Source: Prasinococcaceae sp. CCMP 1430
Lineage: Eukaryota > Plantae > Prasinodermophyta
Assembly (NCBI GenBank): GCA_013416795.1
Contig: RQSC01000021.1
Location: forward strand, 63,929-127,928
DNA length: 64,000 nucleotides
Reading direction: 5' to 3'
In this document: positions 22,612 through 34,278 of the stretch, piece after piece
Position numbering within the stretch: the stretch's first letter is position 1
Layout of the letters: each line of letters begins with the position of its first letter
Made by a program: the position numbers and the translations under genes
The notes under the pieces: model-generated
The model's database searches: none
What the model saw: the letters and a program-made list of their open reading frames with translations, nothing else
Told to the model about the DNA's origin: nothing

Positions 22612-23946
22612 CTACAAGAACATGCCCTCTGGGTGGCCCTCCTTCTTCTTGTACTGAACATTATCCCGCGCCTTCTTGAAGTCCTCCTGTGTCACGCGCA
22701 TCCGGCGCTCGCGCAGCGCCAGCAGCCCCGCCTCCGTGCAGATCGCCTTGATGTCGGCGCCGCTCAGCTCGTCCTTGGAAAGGACGAATTCCTCAAGGTT
22801 GACGTCATCGCCCAGGTTCATCTTGCCGGTGTGGATGCCGAAGATGCGCCGCTTGGTGGCAATGTTTGGCAGCGGGAACTCGATCTTGCGGTCGATGCGG
22901 CCAGGGCGCAGCAGGGCGGGGTCGAGGGACTCGATCTTGTTTGTCGCCATGATGACCTTGACATCGCCACGGTTGTCGAAGCCATCCATCTGGTTGAGGA
23001 GCTCGAGCATGGTGCGCTGGATCTCGCGCTCGCCGCCGCTGGTGCTGTCGTAGCGCTTGGTGCCGACGGCATCGATCTCGTCGATGAAGACGATCGACGG
23101 CGAGTTCTCCTCGGCGACGCGGAAGAGCTCACGCACGAGCTTGGGCCCATCGCCAAGGTATTTCTGAATGAGCTCCGAGCCGACCACGCGCAGGAAGGTG
23201 GCGCTCGTCGAATTCGCCACGGCCTTGGCGAGCAGCGTCTTGCCGGTGCCCGGCTCCCCGTACAGAATGACGCCCTTGGGAGGCTTGACGCCAATGTCCT
23301 CGTACAGCTCCGGGTGCGTCAGCGGCAGCTCGACGGCCTCCTTGATCTCCTGAATCTGCGTCTCCAGCCCACCCACATCGGCGTAGCTCTCCAGCGGCGC
23401 CTTCTCCACTTTCATCACCGACACCATGGGGTCCACGTCGTCACCCAGCAGGCCCACCACAGACATGACCTTGTTGTGCAGGAGCACGCTGCATCCCGGC
23501 TCGAGCAGGTCCTTGTCCACGAAGGACAGGATGTTAACGTAGTACTCGGGCCCGACGCTGCTGCTCACGATGGCGTGGTTCTCGTCGATGATCTCCTCGA
23601 GCGAGCCGACCGACATGGGCGAGCCGCGCAGGTCGTCGACCTTGCTGCGGTCCTCCTCATTGCGCTCGTCCTGCGGCTTGAGGCGCTCCTGGTTGGCCAC
23701 AAACTCCTCCTCCATCAGCAAGTAGTCCTTGATGCGCTCGAGCTTGAGTAGCCTCAGCTTGCACTTAGCGTTGGGCGTCACCGCGGGCAGCTTGCTCGCC
23801 GCGTCTGCGCCCTTTTGCTTGCTCTTCTTGCGACCGACGCGCGTCGTCTGCGGCGGGCGCTCGAACTTCTTCTTCTCCTTCTTGGCATCCTTCTTGCCAG
23901 GCGGGCCGCCGCCGGCGCCGCCGAGCCCGCTCTGCCCTTGGCCCAT
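22612..23946 (-). CDS. RPT2: 26S proteasome AAA-ATPase regulatory subunit 4 (Rpt2)
   Basis: ATG at 23946 (MGQGQSG, myristoylation-type start). [20 protein letters not shown], Walker A GEPGTGKT, Walker [24 protein letters not shown]-terminal PEGMFL. Confidence 0.98.
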   Translation of the reverse strand: MGQGQSGLGGAGGGPPGKKDAKKEKKKFERPPQTTRVGRKKSKQKGADAASKLPAVTPNAKCKLRLLKLERIKDYLLMEEEFVANQERLKPQDERNEEDRSKVDDLRGSPMSVGSLEEIIDENHAIVSSSVGPEYYVNILSFVDKDLLEPGCSVLLHNKVMSVVGLLGDDVDPMVSVMKVEKAPLESYADVGGLETQIQEIKEAVELPLTHPELYEDIGVKPPKGVILYGEPGTGKTLLAKAVANSTSATFLRVVGSELIQKYLGDGPKLVRELFRVAEENSPSIVFIDEIDAVGTKRYDSTSGGEREIQRTMLELLNQMDGFDNRGDVKVIMATNKIESLDPALLRPGRIDRKIEFPLPNIATKRRIFGIHTGKMNLGDDVNLEEFVLSKDELSGADIKAICTEAGLLALRERRMRVTQEDFKKARDNVQYKKKEGHPEGMFL

Positions 23947-25313
23947 CGCCGCTGCTTCCGCTAGCTGCCTCTCCCCCCCCCTGCGGCTCAGCCCCCTGCA
24001 CGCACCGACCCCCGTCGGTCCGCCCGCCCGCCCGCCGGGCGCGGTCGCCGGCCGCGCGCAGTGTGGCGCAGCAGCGCGCAGATCGGCGCGCGATTTACGG
24101 AACGCACGTGCGAGAACCCACTGTGTCCCATCTTGAATTCGTTCTGATACCATTCGACGGAAATGGAGGGGCGAAATATTCCGCACGAAAATGCCGCACT
24201 TGGGCAGTGCCCGTAATTGCTGTTAAGGATATGGACCCTACCATAAAATTACAGTAAACCCCAAAATCGTAACCCAAACGCTTTCAAACGCGAAGGGGCG
24301 CACGGCGGGCGAAGCGGCACGCGCGGCTGTCCGCGCGCTTGGGAGAGCGGGATGGTGTGGAGAGGGTGGGCATCCGTGTGAGCTGTCGACGCACGCGGCA
24401 GTCGGCGGGCGACGGCCACGGCGTCCGCTCGGGTGCGTGGGGCTTCGTGCGCAGAGGGAGGTTGGAAGTGCGGGGCGCGCGTGGCAACATCGTGCGGGGC
24501 GGGGGAGCGCTGAGGCTGCGGCGCCACTGCGCGCGGCGTGCGCCGCGCGACGCCGGACCGGGCCTGTGCGACGGAGACTGTCGTCGGCGCCGCTCGCGCT
24601 AGGCGCGCGGCTGGCGTCGCGATCGCGCGGCGCGGGCGCGGCCGGTGTGGCGCCACGCCGCCGTCCCTCTCCTATTGAGACGACGGGAGGCGCGCGGGTG
24701 GCCTGTGTGGGAGGAGGGGTCGGGGGGGGGCACCTGCGTGGGTGCGCGCGCCGGGGCCGCGTGTTTTGTAAATGCGCGCGCGCGCGCGCGCGCGGCCGCG
24801 GGTGCGTTTTGATGGCTCCGAGATCTACATGTGCAGGATCCGGCGCGGCCCGCGCCCGGGCCCGGCTCGCCGGCCGGCGCGCCCGCGTCGCAAAACCCGA
24901 ACTCCCTCCGCGGCGCGAGCGTGCGCGCGGAAGAATTGCCAGAGACCTCTCACAACACGCAGAAAGAAACCCTACGAGCGTCATGACCTGAAATGGCGCG
25001 CCCATCGCGGACGGCATGTCATCGTGCATCAACAAGCGCTGAGGTTTTCCTTCGTCCAGTTTGTTTACCGTCGTGGCGGTGCAGGGTACCGTACGCGTGC
25101 CCAAGCACCGTCGATGGTACCCCGGCCGGGGATTGGATTTTCGCGCGGTGAGGGCGCCGCTGCCGCTCCGGCGCGGCCTGCCGGCGGGCTGTTGGTGTTG
25201 GTGCCCCCGACTGTGTCTTTGTCTTTGTCTCTTCGTTTTGGGCGCGCGCGGCGTGCGGAAGCGCTGGAGCAGGCGCGGCGTGCGCGCGCGCGAGGGCAAG
25301 GCGCGGGCGGTGT

Positions 25314-27324
25314 GTGGGGTCGGCGGAAAACTGGGCGGAGGGCTTGGCGGTGGAGGGCTCGGCGGGAGGCACGCGCGGGCGTGCGGCCGCCACGCTCGCC
25401 GCAGCGGTGCTCGTGGCGGTGGCGCCGCTCGCGCGCGCCGATGAGTACGATCACAGGTACACCATCGGCGACCCGGTGAACTTGTGGGTGAACAAGGTGC
25501 GCTCAGACGACGGGCGGAGGCGTTGCGCTACGCGCGGGCGCCTGCGGGGGGGGGCGCGCGGCGACTCGGTGCTGGCGTCAGGCGCCCCACGCGCGCGCGC
25601 GCGAGCGGGCGCATGCACCAGCGCAGCTGACGCTCGCGCACGGCGCAATCCTGCAGGTGGGGCCATACAACAACCCCCAGGAGACGTACAACTATTATGA
25701 GCTTCCGTTCTGCAAGCCCAAGGCTGATGAGCCCAAGGTTCACAAGTGGGGTGGCCTCGGCGAGGTGCTGCAGGGCAACGAGCTCATCCACTCGGACCTG
25801 GAGTTCAAATTCCGCATGGACGTGCCGAAGCGCCCCATATGCCAGTCGCAACTCGACACGAAGAAGGTGACGGAGTTCGGCTATGCGATCCGCAACCACT
25901 ACTGGTACGAGATGTTCGTTGATGACCTTCCGCTGTGGGGATTCGTGGGCGAGCGCGTGTCGCTGGACGAGGACGAACAGGAGGACGGCGCGGCGAAGGG
26001 CGAGGTTGAGACATTCATCTACACGCACAAAACCTTCGACATCAGCTACAACGGCGACAAGATAATCATGGTGAACCTCACCAGCGAGGCCCCGGTTCCG
26101 CTTGAAGAGGGCACGCCGCTCGACTTCACGTACTCGGTGACGTGGTCGCCCACCGACATCAAGTACGGGCACCGCTACAACCGCTACCTCGACTACAACT
26201 TCTTTGAGCACCAGATCCACTGGTTCTCGATCTTCAACTCGTTCATGATGGTCATCTTCCTTGTCGGCCTGGTGTCGATGATCCTGATGCGCACGCTCAA
26301 CAAAGACTACGCAAAGTACTCGGCCGACGACGATGACCTCGAGGCCTTGGAGCGCGACGTGGAGGAGTCGGGCTGGAAGCTCGTGCACGGCGACGTATTC
26401 CGGTCGCCGCGCGCGCTCGAGCTCATGTGCGCCATCGTCGGCACTGGCGCGCAGCTGTCGCTGCTATGCGTGGCCGTGGTGCTGATCGCCATCGCCGGCT
26501 CGCTCTTCAACGGCCGCGGCACCATCCTGACTGTGTTCATCGTGTGCTACGCGCTCACCTCGTTCGTGTCGGGCTACGTGTCGGGCGGCATGTACGCGCG
26601 CAACGACGGCAAGGCGTGGATTCCCACGATGCTGCTCACGGCGTCGCTCTTCCCCGTCTCCACCTTCGCTGTGTCGTTCGTGCTGAACACCATCGCCATC
26701 TTCTACCACTCGCTTGCGGCCATCCCCTTCGGCTCGATCGTGGTCGTGCTCTTCATGTGGGGCTTCATCTCGTTCCCGCTCACGCTGCTAGGCACCGTCG
26801 TCGGCCGCAACTGGAACGGAGTGCCGGACAACCCGTGCCGCGTGAAGACCATCCCCCGCAACATCCCTGAGAAGGAGTGGTACATGACGCCGACGGTGAT
26901 CGCGCTGGCAGGCGGTCTGCTGCCGTTCGGATCGATCTTCATCGAGCTGTACTTTATCCTCACGTCCTTCTGGAACTACAAGGTGTACTTCGTGTACGGC
27001 TTCATGCTGCTGGTGTTTATCATCCTTGCCATCGTCACCGCGTGCGTGTCCGTCGTGGGCACCTACTTCCTGCTCAACGCGGAGAACTATCACTGGCAGT
27101 GGACCTCGCTGCTGTCATCGGCCTCCACGGCGGTGTACGTGTACCTGTACTCCACGTACTACTTCGTGGCGAAGACCAAGATGACGGGCCTATTTCAGTG
27201 CTCCTTCTATTTTGGGTATACCGCCATCGCCTGCCTGGCGGTCGCGCTCACCTGCGGCGCGATCGGGTACTTCGCGAGCTCGGCCTTCGTGCGCCGCATC
27301 TTCCGCAACATCAAGGTCGATTAG
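25314..27324 (+). CDS. TM9SF3: Transmembrane 9 superfamily protein (TM9SF3/TMN1, EMP70 family)
   Basis: Signal peptide plus DEYDHRYTIGDPVNLWVNK, intron 25497-25656, then VGPYNNPQETYNYY. HQIHWFSIFNS, GWKLVHGDVFR, GLLPFGSIFIELYF, ENYHWQW, C-terminal KVD (KxD/E Golgi motif). Start codon uncertain: the listed start is GTG. Confidence 0.93.
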
Positions 27325-27882
27325 GGCCATGCTGTCCGCGAGGGCTCGCTCGATGTGCCGAGCAGGTTCTGTACACAAGTCGGAGGCGCTCCCTCCAACG
27401 AACTCAATAAATGAACGACCGTTGTCGTGACACAAAATGCCTTCGTGCATTACCAGTACACGTGGGCGCGCACGCGCCCCGCCTTTCCGCTACCTAGCTC
27501 CAGCAGAGCGACAGCCCACCCGCAGCGGCGTCGCCGCCGCCAATCCAGGCCTCGAATGGGGCGCGCGTGTGCGCGTGGCCGGGGGAAGGTGACACCCATG
27601 CGTGCGCGTGATTCGAGCGCAGCCACCCTTGGCCTGCTCATGTGCCCTCATCGCCTTCTGCGAAAGAGTGCAGGGACAGCTGGACGCGCAGTCGCCGCAA
27701 CGCTGCCATGCCGCGTGAGGTGAGGCCTGTGGACACCAGCGCATTGGCCTGCCGCCCGCCCGTCGCGCCGCTTCCTCCGCCCCCTGTCCGGCCGCTGCCG
27801 CCCCCTGTCCGCCCGCCACCGCCCCCAGAACGGCCGCCGCCCGCGCGCGTGCGCGCCCCGTAGGAAGTGGATAAACACACAC

Positions 27883-27886
<4 letters not shown>

Positions 27887-27934
<48 letters not shown>
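27887..27934. repeat. (CA)n microsatellite
   Basis: About 24 CA units with one interruption. Confidence 0.95.
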
Positions 27935-27937
<3 letters not shown>

Positions 27938-28490
27938 GCGCGCTTTGCAGCGCGCCGCGCCCGCGTCGCCTGCCCTCGGAGGCGCCACCGGGGCCTCCGC
28001 TGCCGCTGCTGTACCCGCCTGTCCGGCCGCCACGCGCGCTGAAGCCCTCCGTCGCCGCCCCAACAGGAGCCCCACCAGGCCTTCCGCTGGCTCCCGCGCC
28101 ACCCGCGCCGCCGCCGCGTGCACCCGCACCGCCCACGCCGCTGCCTCGCGCGGTCGCGGCCGCCCAGCAGCGCGCAGCCCTCCTGCCTACGCGTGTATAC
28201 CGGTACATGTCTCCTCCTCTTACTGCGCCCCCCCCCCCCCGCCTCCCCGCTCCCCAGCCCTGGCAGTGGATCACCTGCCCCACGCTTGGGAGCCGTGCGC
28301 CCCGCGGGTGCGGCGCTGTGTGACACAAGGGCACACACTTCCTTCTTCTTCGCGTTTCGGCGCGTACAGCGAGGGTGGATGTTCGCAAGCGGTGCCGGTG
28401 GTCACTCTGGGCGCACAGGGAGGGCACTGCGCCCTGCGGCTGCGCGACCGGGCGACGTGCGGGCTTGAGGGCGGAAGGAGGGGTAGAGCC

Positions 28491-29273
28491 ATGGACGGAT
28501 GGGACGCGGGCACGCGCGATGCCGTCAAGCGCATTCCGCTGTTGACCGTCAAAGCCGGACCGCGCGATGGCGAGCAGTGGACCGAGCGCCTCAAGCAGGA
28601 GATGAAGGCGGTGCGTTGCACAGCGGGCGCGGCGAGCGGCTCAGGCCAAGCCGGCGTCCGGCCCGCGCTTCGCGTGGCCATGTGTCGTGTGCCGTCGTGA
28701 TGTGCGCCGCCGCGCCTGCTGGCAGCCGCACTGCTCGGCTGACCACCGCCGTCACCGCGGCCGTGCGTGTGCTCTCGCTCGCTTGCTCGTTCGCCCCGCA
28801 GCTCATCTCTTACGTGCAGTCCAACAAGGCAGCGGACACAGACTGGTTCACCCTGTCGCCGGCAAACAAGGAGGGGACAAAGTGGGTGGGTAAGTGCTGG
28901 TATGTGCACAACCTGCTCAAGTACGAGTTCGATCTCGAGTTCGAGCTGCCGGTGACGTACCCGATGACGTCGCCCGAGCTGCAACTGCCGGAGCTCGACG
29001 GCAAGACCGCCAAAATGTACAGGGGAGGGAAGATCTGCCTCACAATACACTTCAAGCCGGTGCGTGTGCTCGCCCCATAGAAGAGCGTAGTCCCGCGCGC
29101 GCGCGCTCATGCCACATTGTTCTGACGTGTGCGCGCGCGTGACCTCGCAGCTCTGGGCGAAGAATGCGCCCCACTTTGGCATCGCGCACGCGCTGTGTCT
29201 GGGCCTCGGCCCGTGGCTCGCCGCTGAGATCCCGCACATGGTCGAGACCGGCGCGATCACTCACAAGGGCTGA
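28491..29273 (+). CDS. UFC1: Ubiquitin-fold modifier-conjugating enzyme 1 (UFM1 E2); 3 exons
   Basis: Exons 28491-28610, 28802-29059 and 29151-29273, with GTGCGT donors and CAG acceptors. [33 protein letters not shown] (catalytic Cys), [31 protein letters not shown]. Confidence 0.97.
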
Positions 29274-29335
29274 CGCTCGCATTAAACAGCCCCATGCTTG
29301 AGGCATGCTTGAGGTATTACACGCTACGCTGTTAT

Positions 29336-30713
29336 TCACGGCACGAACTCGCTGGCGGTCGTCACCAGAGGCGACACGTCGTCAGCGTCGGTGTCAGATG
29401 CGACGAGCACAAGTGCGCCACGGAGCGCGCCGCTCTCCGCCACCGCATCTGCAAGCGCGCGCGCGTTGGGATTGTCCCCAAGTCCGCACGTGCCATAGAC
29501 GACACACACGCGCCTCCCGGGTACGCTGTCTATCTCCGCGCCCAGGTCGGCAAGTGTCGTCCTGGCCGATGCTGAGGGCTCGACGAGACAAGTGACGATT
29601 CCATGGCGCGCATATGCCGCTGCCGCGGCAGAGCGGATCGATTCCATCGCCCCAGGTCCGGTTGCCACGAGCAGGCGCGTGCGTCCCTCGGCGTCGCTCA
29701 CGAGTGCATCAAATGCGGCCGCAAGTGTCCCGCCAGCGCTGTCGAGCGCCGCCTCTTCACTCTCGGATTGCCAGAGCGCCTGCTCGCGTCTCGTGGCATC
29801 GACGACGGCTTTTGCCTTCGTGTCCCACGCCCCAACGGGCGAACGGGCGAGCACGCCGGTACCGTGTCGCTCGTAGAACGCCTTCAGGTCGGGTTCCGCC
29901 TCGGACCATCTCCAGCGCTGCGACATGGACACGCAGAACGCCGCGCGCTCGCTCGCGCTGGCGGGCGTGACGGCCGCGCGCGCATCGCCATTCTTAGCGT
30001 CCGCAACACGCGCGCTGGAAGCGTTGCTGGGCGGGGGTACTGGTGCCGCCGCAGCATCTAGCCAGCCCTCCGGTCGCCCAGTTGGCCCCGCCTGGCTCTG
30101 CGCCCACTCTGCAGCGGTGCGACCAGACACGCACAACCTCTGCAGCGCATCCAAATCGGCCAGGACGGCGCCCTTCAGCGCCGCGCGTCGGACCTCATCG
30201 CCGCTGCTACACGCGGCGCCGTACGCATTGGCACCGTCGAGAACTGCGCCGATGATGTATTCCTCGAAGGTGCCCTCGCTGGCATCGGGCCGCGCTGACG
30301 CCAACAGGGAGCGGTAGTACGTCCCATAGGCGTCGAGCACGCGTGGCCCCTCGGCGGCCGTCGCGAGTGCCTGCAGCAAGGCAAGGAGCGCGGGCCCAGC
30401 CTGGCCCGCCTGGGCCGTGACCACGCTGGATAGTACCAGCAGCCCCTGCACACGCGCGATGGCGCGCGTCAGAACATGACTGAGCGTTCCGTGCGCGCGA
30501 GAGGAGGGCAGAGGGTGGCGCACGCACCGCCGCGTCCGCCAGCAGTGCCTGCGCCTGCCTGGGCACCGGTGCCGCGCCCTGCGGGTCGGTCGCGAAGCCC
30601 AACGCGCGTGGCGCGCCGCACGCGCGCCGGCGCGCGCGTGCGCTACCAGCCGGCCCCCGCAGGGCAGCCGACCTCGTCTTCGCTCTCCCCACCGCGTGAG
30701 ACGCCATCTTCAT
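29336..30713 (-). CDS. DUF815-like (cyanobacterial-type AAA+ ATP-binding protein) with a transit-peptide-like leader and a degenerate Walker A; 2 exons
   Basis: Exons 30713-30528 and 30445-29336. Intron GTGCGT...CTGAC...TGCAG, phase 0. QAQALLADAAGLLVLSSVV...LLQAL...AYGTYYRSL...FEEYII..VL..AN.Y...AV.ADLDALQRL...W..WSEAEPDLKAFYERHGTG follows the cyanobacterial DUF815 N-domain as recalled. Confidence 0.62.
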
Positions 30714-31151
30714 CGCCTCTCCCCTGCGCGGACAACGCCTTCCTCGCCGCGCTCTCTGTGGCGCGCGCCCGGCGCGCTGGTGCTCTCACGCGGCGCGCCG
30801 CGCGTCCACTCATCCTCCTCCCTCCTGCCTGCGCGCCATCAATTTCCATTCGATTTGTGCAGTACGTAGACCCTATTTCTGCGCGCGGTAAAACCCTTTA
30901 TCCGGTTAGGAGCAGGCTGGGTTACCATCTGATGGTGCGTCGTTGCTCCGTGCTGGTCTCGGGGACTGCGCTGAGGGCTTGCGGCGGCTGCGCACTGCAT
31001 CAGGCGCCACACCGCGGCCGCTCGCCAGCGAGGGCGGGGCAATGGCAGGGGGAAGTGTCCTGACGCGCTCGGCGCGTGGCTCGGCGGCCGTGGCAGGCCT
31101 GCCGCGCCGCGCGGCGGCCGCGCGGGAGCCGCCGCGGAACTTTATGAGATC

Positions 31152-31205
31152 ATGGCGAAACGGCGCGTCGAGCCGCTTCCGGAGCAGGGTGATGAGGGCG
31201 ACGGC

Positions 31206-31236
<31 letters not shown>

Positions 31237-31748
31237 GCGAGCTCGCGCTTGCCGAGGCGCGCGGCGTGCAGCAGCTCGAGTTCGCTCTCTCGCCAGAGGG
31301 TGTCGCCTTGCAGCTCGAGGCTGCGGCGGACCTCGAGGAAAGCCTGCGTGCCTCGAGGCGCTCGTCCTTTGCGGCCGTCGCGGGGCGCGCGCCCGCCAAC
31401 GCCGTGTTCGCACGACCAGCAGCCGCGCGCATCGTGGACCTGCTGCTCAGCATTGAGGACGGCGACGAGCTCGACCAAACCGTTACCGACGCACTGACGC
31501 CTCCTGATGACGCCGCAGAGGCCGACACAGTCGCGAGCGACGACGAGGACGCAGTGTGGACCACGCCCTTGCTGCTGCTGCAGGCTGTGGACGCGCGGCT
31601 ACGCGAGGTGGAGGGTGGGGTGAGCTACAACGATCCCCGCGCACCGCAGCAAATTGGAGGGGGCGGCGGGGTTGCGCCAAAGCTGAAATCTATGCGCAAG
31701 GTTGTGCTCGCGCGATGCCCAGAACACGTGCGCGAGCTCGAGGGGTGA
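31152..31748 (+). CDS. Hypothetical acidic protein (198 aa)
   Basis: ATG at 31152, coding-like codon usage, TGTAA at ~31788. An overlapping R/S-rich frame starting at ~31042 could be an alternative leader. Confidence 0.4.
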
Positions 31749-32019
31749 TGCTGCGAGGCATCCGTGGGCGCTCGCTCGCCCGCTCCGTTGTAAATTAGGC
31801 ATTCGTGTACACGCAGCTCGTGGAGCATGCACCCCATCGCCACTACTGGCGCTCGCAGGCATGCGCTTACTCGACGTCTGTCGCAGCACTCGTGCCGGCG
31901 CGATGCCGCAGCCGCGCGGCCCGCAGGACCGCCGACCGCTCTCCCGCCATGGCAGTCAAGATATGTTACGCGCCAAAGCGGCAAGTTACTGCGGCGGAGT
32001 CATGCGGCCAAGCTGCTAG

Positions 32020-33010
32020 CTACTGCGGCGGGGGCGGCCCCGGCGGCGGCCGCATGCCCGCGGGAGGGAAGCCCCCGGGAGGGGCTCCAGGCGGCGGGAA
32101 CCCGGGCGGCGCGAACCCCGGCGGCGGCACGCCCGGCGGCGGGAATTGCGGCGGCGGCCCACCTGCGAAGGGAGGCATACCTGGAGGGGGCATGCCAGGC
32201 ATGCCTGCAAACGCGCACAGCGCCGCGAGCAGGGGGGTGGGTGTCAGCGACGAAGGCCACGCGCATCGCTCCATGAGCGCAAACGCGTCCGCCACAAGGA
32301 CCGCTCGCAAGCGTGGCCAGCACGCATGGCACAGCTGTAGATAGCAGCGCGTTCGATCGAGCGCAAACGCGAGCAAAGGGCGCGTTGCCCGCCGGAGCAC
32401 TCGACTTGGCGGGAGCCACCCACGTGCGACCTCGCGATGCGCTTTCAAGGTCTCCCCTGGCATGGCAGGGGACGGCAGCACGCGCGGCGACCCATCGCGC
32501 ATGTGTTCGTGCACGCGTCCTCGCAGTGGTTTCTCGCCGCGCCCGCGCGGAAAGTTAGGGTTGGCTTGAGCTCGGGCATTCGTACCTGGAGGAGGCATGC
32601 CGGGCATCCCCGGCGGGGGCATGCCCGGGGGGGGCATACCACGCCCGTACGCCATCGGCGCGCCAGCGGCCTGCGAAGATGCAATCGCGCACCAGAGCGG
32701 GTCAGCTTGCGGCGTTTGGCGCCGCGGCCAGCCGCTGGATGCGCACGCGCAGGCCGAGCGCGGCCGGCGGCGCTTCGCGGACGCACCTGTGGCTGCATCG
32801 CGGCAGGCGCCNACGGCCGCGACCACGGCCTCTGCCCCGGCCCCTACCACCACCTCGACCGCCATGCGCACCATAGCCGTCGTCGTATTCGCCGTTGTAG
32901 CCGCCGTCGTAATCGCCCATGTGCATGCCGTGAGGCGCATCTAGTGCGCCCATGCCCATGCCCATCCCCATGCCCATGCCCATGCCACCGCCACCGCCAC
33001 CGCTGCCCAT
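32020..33010 (-). CDS. Spliced low-complexity protein: Gly/Met-rich, RGG box, PPPGM repeats (SmB/U1C-like tail composition); 5' structure uncertain
   Basis: Introns 32786-32671 (phase 0) and 32585-32205 (phase 1) have canonical ends and CTGAC branch points and keep one frame to the TAG at 32022-32020. An n at 32812 interrupts the RGRGRG segment. Confidence 0.55.
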
Positions 33011-33656
33011 GCCAAAGGCCCCTGGACCCCGCCGGCCGCCCTAGCCCGAGAGCCGGCTCGCTCGAGCATGCGCGCGCCCGCATGCATGTGCATGTGCCTA
33101 CAGAGGTGCGGTGCCGGTCCTGGGGAGCACAGATAGACCCGGACATATCCCCCCTCGAGACCCCGACCAAAGCCTCGGAAGCTCGATAGACCCGGTCTAT
33201 TTTACCCGCCGACGCGTCGGCGAGGAACAACAGAAAAAGCGAGACAAAAAAACGGAAACGCTCTTCCGTGCGTTTGGCCCGGAGAAAATGCGCGTTCCCC
33301 GAAGTGAAGGGGCCGCGACACGCAATGGCCGCTGCTGCGCCCGGGGCGCGGGCGCGGGCGCGCAAAGTGGCGCGCGCCAGGGGGCGCCGGGCGAGGCGGC
33401 CGCAAGGGGGAGCGGGAGAGGTGGAGGGGATGGGGTGAGGGCGGGGGCGTGAGGAAGAGGATGGGGGGGGGGGGTTGCCCCCGTGGAACGCCGCCGCCGC
33501 CGCCGCCGCCACATGCATGCGGCGACGCCTCGGGACGCACCGACGGGCGGCGGCGCGGCCAGGCAGCCGAAGGGGCACACGCGGCCGTTTCTGTGGGCGT
33601 GCAGGCAAACGCAAGGCACACCCGCACCCGCGCGCGCCTCTTCGCGCGCGCGCGCC

Positions 33657-34077
33657 ATGTCAGGCAAGACGTATGTCAGCCCATACGCCGCGGCGCCGCC
33701 GGGGTCGTCTGCCGAGTTCATGGGCATCGACAAGATGCTGCAGCGCAGGCGCGTCGAGAAGATTGCGCAGGCCGAGGCGGCGCGCGACAGGCTCACGCGT
33801 TTCGAGAAGCTCGCCGACCCAAACAACGACGAAATGCAGAGGATGATCAAAGAGGTGCGCTTGGAAGAGCGCTCCGTGGCCTGGCACCCTCGCCCCCGGC
33901 CGGGACGGTCGCCAAAGAGTGCTGACTGCTGACTTGCTATCGCACTCATGTGCACACGTACAGATGCGTGAGACCACGGAGCTGCTCGAGCGCAACAGCG
34001 GCATGCACCAGGCGGTGCCGCCGCCCGCTGATAACGAGCGCGTCATCGACCGCGAGCGCGGCTTTTTCATTCCGTGA
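33657..34077 (+). CDS. Small hypothetical protein (~103 aa); 2 exons
   Basis: Exons 33657-33854 and 33964-34077. Intron GTGCGC...CTGAC...TACAG, phase 0. Product MSGKTYVSPYAAAPPGSSAEFMGIDK...RMIKE-MRETTELLER...RERGFFIP. Confidence 0.6.
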
Positions 34078-34278
34078 GCACAGGAGCGCCGATGGCGGCG
34101 CGTGCACTCGCCTCGCATGTTCGACGCTTAGGTGGCAGGCGAGTGAGCAAGCGCGCGCTTGAGAACAGCATAAGTGTGCATTCAAGGCACCAATGTGCAC
34201 GTCCAGGAGTCACAGTCGCGGCGCTCGTCAGAGCAGCTGGCGCGGGCCGCGGCACCCGAGCGCATCACGCCACCTTGT

